64,000 nt of DNA, from contig OX597825.1 in assembly GCA_951406725.2 (NCBI GenBank), positions 81,282,001 through 81,346,000 on the forward strand. The letters run 5' to 3'. Origin of the DNA: Octopus vulgaris. Lineage: Eukaryota. Numbering within the stretch: position 1 is the stretch's first letter; the number at the start of each line of letters is the position of its first letter. The position numbers were made by a program, and so were the translations under genes. Positions 59,921 through 64,000 of the stretch are shown piece after piece. Under the pieces are notes generated by a model that saw only the letters and a list, made by a program, of their open reading frames with translations, ran no database searches and was not told where the DNA came from.

Positions 59921-60149
59921 AAACATATATACATATAAATACATGCATGCATATATGTATATATGTATATATATGTATGTGTGTATATATATATGTATCT
60001 ATATGTATGTATATATATATATATATATATTTACATATATATATATATGCGTTTGTGTGTGTGTGTGTGTATATACACACACATATATACATATATATGT
60101 ATATGTATACATATATATATATACTTATATATATATATGTATGTATGTG

Positions 60150-60188
<39 letters not shown>

Positions 60189-60355
60189 GTATATATGTAT
60201 ATATATATATGTATGTGTGTGTGTGTGTGTGTGCGTATGTGTGTGTGTGTAAGTATTATTGCTTGTAATTGGACAGGTACATAATCGGAAACAAGACATT
60301 CAGGAGTGTGAGGGGATATGCACTCCTACCCTTCACTGCCCTGCTAAAGGTAGTG

Positions 60356-60406
<51 letters not shown>

Positions 60407-60984
60407 TCGGCAACTACATTTTCTGCGTTTATCTTTTTCTTTTTTCTCCTTACTTTTATTTTCGGGTGGAGGCCGGGTGGGGTTTAGAATTTTCTTTTTT
60501 TTTTGTTGTTGCTCTTGTTGCTGTTGTTGTTGTTGTGATGGGATGCGGAAAATACATGTAAGTATGAATGAAACACAAGCGTTAAGTTTTCGATCGGAAA
60601 TGAACATGAGAAAAGATTTACCCGTGTTATAAAGCGAACCTCTATTGTCGGAATGAACGGAAATGCTTGTTAACACCGGCAAATAGCCGGAGAATAATGT
60701 ACATAGAGTCGCGTTTGTCTGTGTGTATATGAGAAAAAGAAGAGAGAGAGAGGGAGAGAGAGATGGGGGGAAGGGATAGGGTGGAGGGAAAAAGGAAGGG
60801 AAGAGGGACGAGGGAAAAGAACAGAGAGAAAAGACCCCTGAATTTCTGTACACTACAGTGAGTCTTTTAATACGGTCTTTATTCATCGATATTATTAACA
60901 CCCACCATAAAGGAAAATTGTTATGTAGGAGGGCGGGACAGGACACGCAAACACAAAGGGAGACATATATATGTATATATTTAC

Positions 60985-61023
<39 letters not shown>

Positions 61024-61496
61024 TACATACATACATACATACATACATACATGCTTACATACATATATATATATATATATATATACATATATATACATAT
61101 ACATACATATATATATGTGTGTGTGTATGTATATATGTATATACATACACACACACACATATATGCATCTACATACACATATATATATACACACACAACA
61201 TATGTATTTATGTGTCTGTGTTGTATATAAATTGTATATTATATATATATACATCCATATACATATATACACATATATATATATATATATATACACGGAT
61301 GCCTATACATACATAATACACCTGCACACACACACACACAGACATAGACATATGGGTATGTGCGTGTATTTGTATATATGTATTCATAAAAATATATATT
61401 TCTGTGTGTGTGTGTGTGAGTGGGGTGTATTTATACACTCGCACACACATAGATATATGTGCGCATGAACACAAACATATACAAACGTATGTGTGA

Positions 61497-61519
61497 ATGT
61501 ATGTATGTATGTATGTATG

Positions 61520-61550
<31 letters not shown>

Positions 61551-61727
61551 GCATGTATGTATGTATGTATGTATGTATGTATGTATGTATGTATGTATGT
61601 ATGTATGTATGTATGTATGTATGTATGTATGTATGTATGTATGTATGTATGTATGTATGTATGTATGTATGTATGTATGTATGTATGTATGTATGTATGT
61701 ATGTATGTATGTATGTATGTATGTATG
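61497..61727. repeat. (TATG)n microsatellite
   Basis: Direct reading. Confidence 0.95.
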
Positions 61728-61896
61728 TGTGTGTGCGTGTGTGTGTATGAATGAATCCTGATAAGGAAACGAGTTAATCATGCGTGTATGTATTCGAATT
61801 AATACGAGTGTATATAACGTAGATAAATGCTGAAAAAATTGAAATAACATTAATCCTTAGTCCTTAGTTATGCATAATTATACACCCCCGACATCT

Positions 61897-61963
<67 letters not shown>

Positions 61964-62339
61964 AGACAAAGGAAGACGTTTAGTCGTGAGAAATCCACGG
62001 AATTTTGCTGGACTCTTTTTGTCTCTCAATTGTATCGTATTGTGGCTAGGTTAGAAATCTTACCTGTAAAATCTACGATGTGCGTGTGTGTACACACACA
62101 CACACACACATATGTGTATGTATATATATATATATATATATGTCTCTGTGTGCCTGTTAGCATTAGTCTGTGCGCTAGTCTGTGAGTGTAGCCGTTTATT
62201 AAAATCACATGAAGGTGCACGCACACGCATACACACATACATACATACATAAATGTATATATATATATATGTATATATATATAGATATATAGATATATAC
62301 GTATATATACGTATGTATATGCGAATATATGTATATATT

Positions 62340-62446
<107 letters not shown>

Positions 62447-62449
62447 ATA

Positions 62450-62498
<49 letters not shown>

Positions 62499-62537
62499 GT
62501 ATATATACGTATGTATATGCGAATATATGTATATATT

Positions 62538-62586
<49 letters not shown>

Positions 62587-62589
<3 letters not shown>

Positions 62590-62700
62590 AAATAGTAAAA
62601 AGTGAAAAAACTACAGAAGGCTTGTTTTAAAAGGTTAAAAAATATATATTTGAGTCAATATGTCTGAAGAATGTAGTTTTTTCACTTTTTACTATTTTCT
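62587..62700. repeat. Perfect 29-bp inverted repeat (fold-back element)
   Basis: agaaaatagtaaaaagtgaaaaaactaca at 62587-62615 and its exact reverse complement at 62672-62700. Confidence 0.85.
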
Positions 62701-62739
62701 ATATATTCAACCACGTGCTTTCACAAACCAACTTTCTCA

Positions 62740-62780
<41 letters not shown>

Positions 62781-63090
62781 CTTGGGCCAAAAGTCATGCA
62801 CAAAGGTTAAACGCTATTTTATACCTGTTGCACATATTATTCTATTTTTTTTCTAAATCTTGATAAAAGAAAATGTCGAATCCAGGCGTAGTTGGAGGCG
62901 GTGAGCAAAACGAATGAATACAATGGTCACGTAACGGAAAATATAATATCAGATGTTTTTACTGCGAGACTTTGGGATGAGACGCACACACATGCAGACA
63001 GACAGACAGACAAACACACACATATTCATACATCTTCGTATAAAATCACACACATATTCTCTCTCTTTCTCGCTCGCTCTATACATATAC

Positions 63091-63513
63091 GGCGCAGGAG
63101 TGGCTGTGTGGTAAGTAGCTTGCTTACGAACCACATGGTTCTGGGTTCAATCCCACTGCGTGGCACCTTGGGCAAGTGTCTTCTACTATAGCCTCGGGCC
63201 GACCAAAGCCTTGTGAGTGGGTTTGGTAGACGGAAACTGAAAGAAGCCCGTCGTATATATGTGTATATATATATATATATGCGTGTGTGTGTTTGTGTGA
63301 GTGTGTTTGTCCCCCTAGCATTGCTTGACAACCGATGCTGGTTTGTTTATGTCCCCGTTACTTAGCGGTTCGGCAAGAGAGACCGATAGAATAAGTACTG
63401 GGCTTGCAAAAGAATAAGTCCCGGGGTCGAGTTGCTCGATTAAAGGCGGTGCTCCAGCATGGCCACAGTCAAATGACTGAAACAAGTAAAAGAGTAAAAG
63501 AGAGAGTAAAGAG
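63091..63513 (+). mobile_element. SINE family A, full length (tRNA head, CORE-like centre, internal microsatellite, (agagtaaa)n tail)
   Basis: A-box gtggctgtgtggtaag, B-box gggttcaatccc, CORE-like ggcaccttgggcaagtg. At least five copies occur in the window. Confidence 0.9.
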
Positions 63514-64000
63514 TATATATTGTGTGCGTGTCAGTGTGTGTGTCTGTGAGAGAGAGTGTTTGTGTGTTTGTATGTTTGTGAGTGTGAAAGAGAGACAGTG
63601 TGTGTGTTTGTGTGCATGTGTGTTTGCATGCGTGTGCGTGTTTGTGTGCATTTGTGTGCATGTGCGTGCGTGTGTGTATTTGTCTGTGTGAGTGTGTTTA
63701 TGGTTGTGTTTGTGTGTGTGTATGTGTGTGTGTGTGAGTGTGTGTGTATTTGTCTGCGTGAATGTGTTTATAGGTGTGTTTGTGTGTGTGCGTGTGTGTG
63801 TATGTGAGTGTGTGTGTGCGTGTGTGTGTGTGTTTATAGGTGCGCTTGTGTGTGTGTATCATATAAATCTAATCACTAGTTTGTGACCCAACATTGAGAT
63901 GGTTCAGCAAAGAGGCTCATCTGTGGAGCAACAATTTGTTCCATGGTTCGCGCCTATGAATTATTACACTTACGATTTCAGCAGTTTAAAATCGGGGCTC

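Noticed and set aside
61961-62027. Imperfect 67-nt hairpin (gagagacaaa/tttgtctctc), pre-miRNA-like size
   Set aside because: Central pairing is poor and there is no recognisable mature miRNA.

Overview
AT-rich eukaryotic (animal) genomic DNA with no recognisable host protein-coding exon, rRNA, intact tRNA or CRISPR array. It is most likely intergenic or deep intronic. The SINE families and the very high load of (TA)n/(CA)n/(TATC)n/(TATG)n/(CAT)n microsatellites suggest an octopus or other coleoid cephalopod (inference from recognition, no search run). Almost every ORF in the track is a microsatellite artefact. The real content is transposon debris. Non-LTR retrotransposon fragments: RTE, Tx1/L1, CR1, R4/Dong and CRE-like. 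DNA elements: a DD37D (maT) transposase, a deleted mariner, a hAT MITE and two Helitron-like elements. SINEs: three abundant tRNA-derived families. The most notable signal is a dispersed set of short ORF-less inserts in (TA)n tracts. Several carry minimal type I hammerhead-ribozyme motifs (about 5.0, 9.0, 18.7, 19.0, 28.2, 28.5 and 58.1 kb) and/or fold-back inverted repeats (4.8, 18.6, 19.0, 19.2, 28.2, 40.1, 45.4, 55.8 and 62.6 kb). This is consistent with Penelope-like or retrozyme-type elements. Also notable is a SINE subfamily whose 3' tail matches the local Tx1-like LINE.
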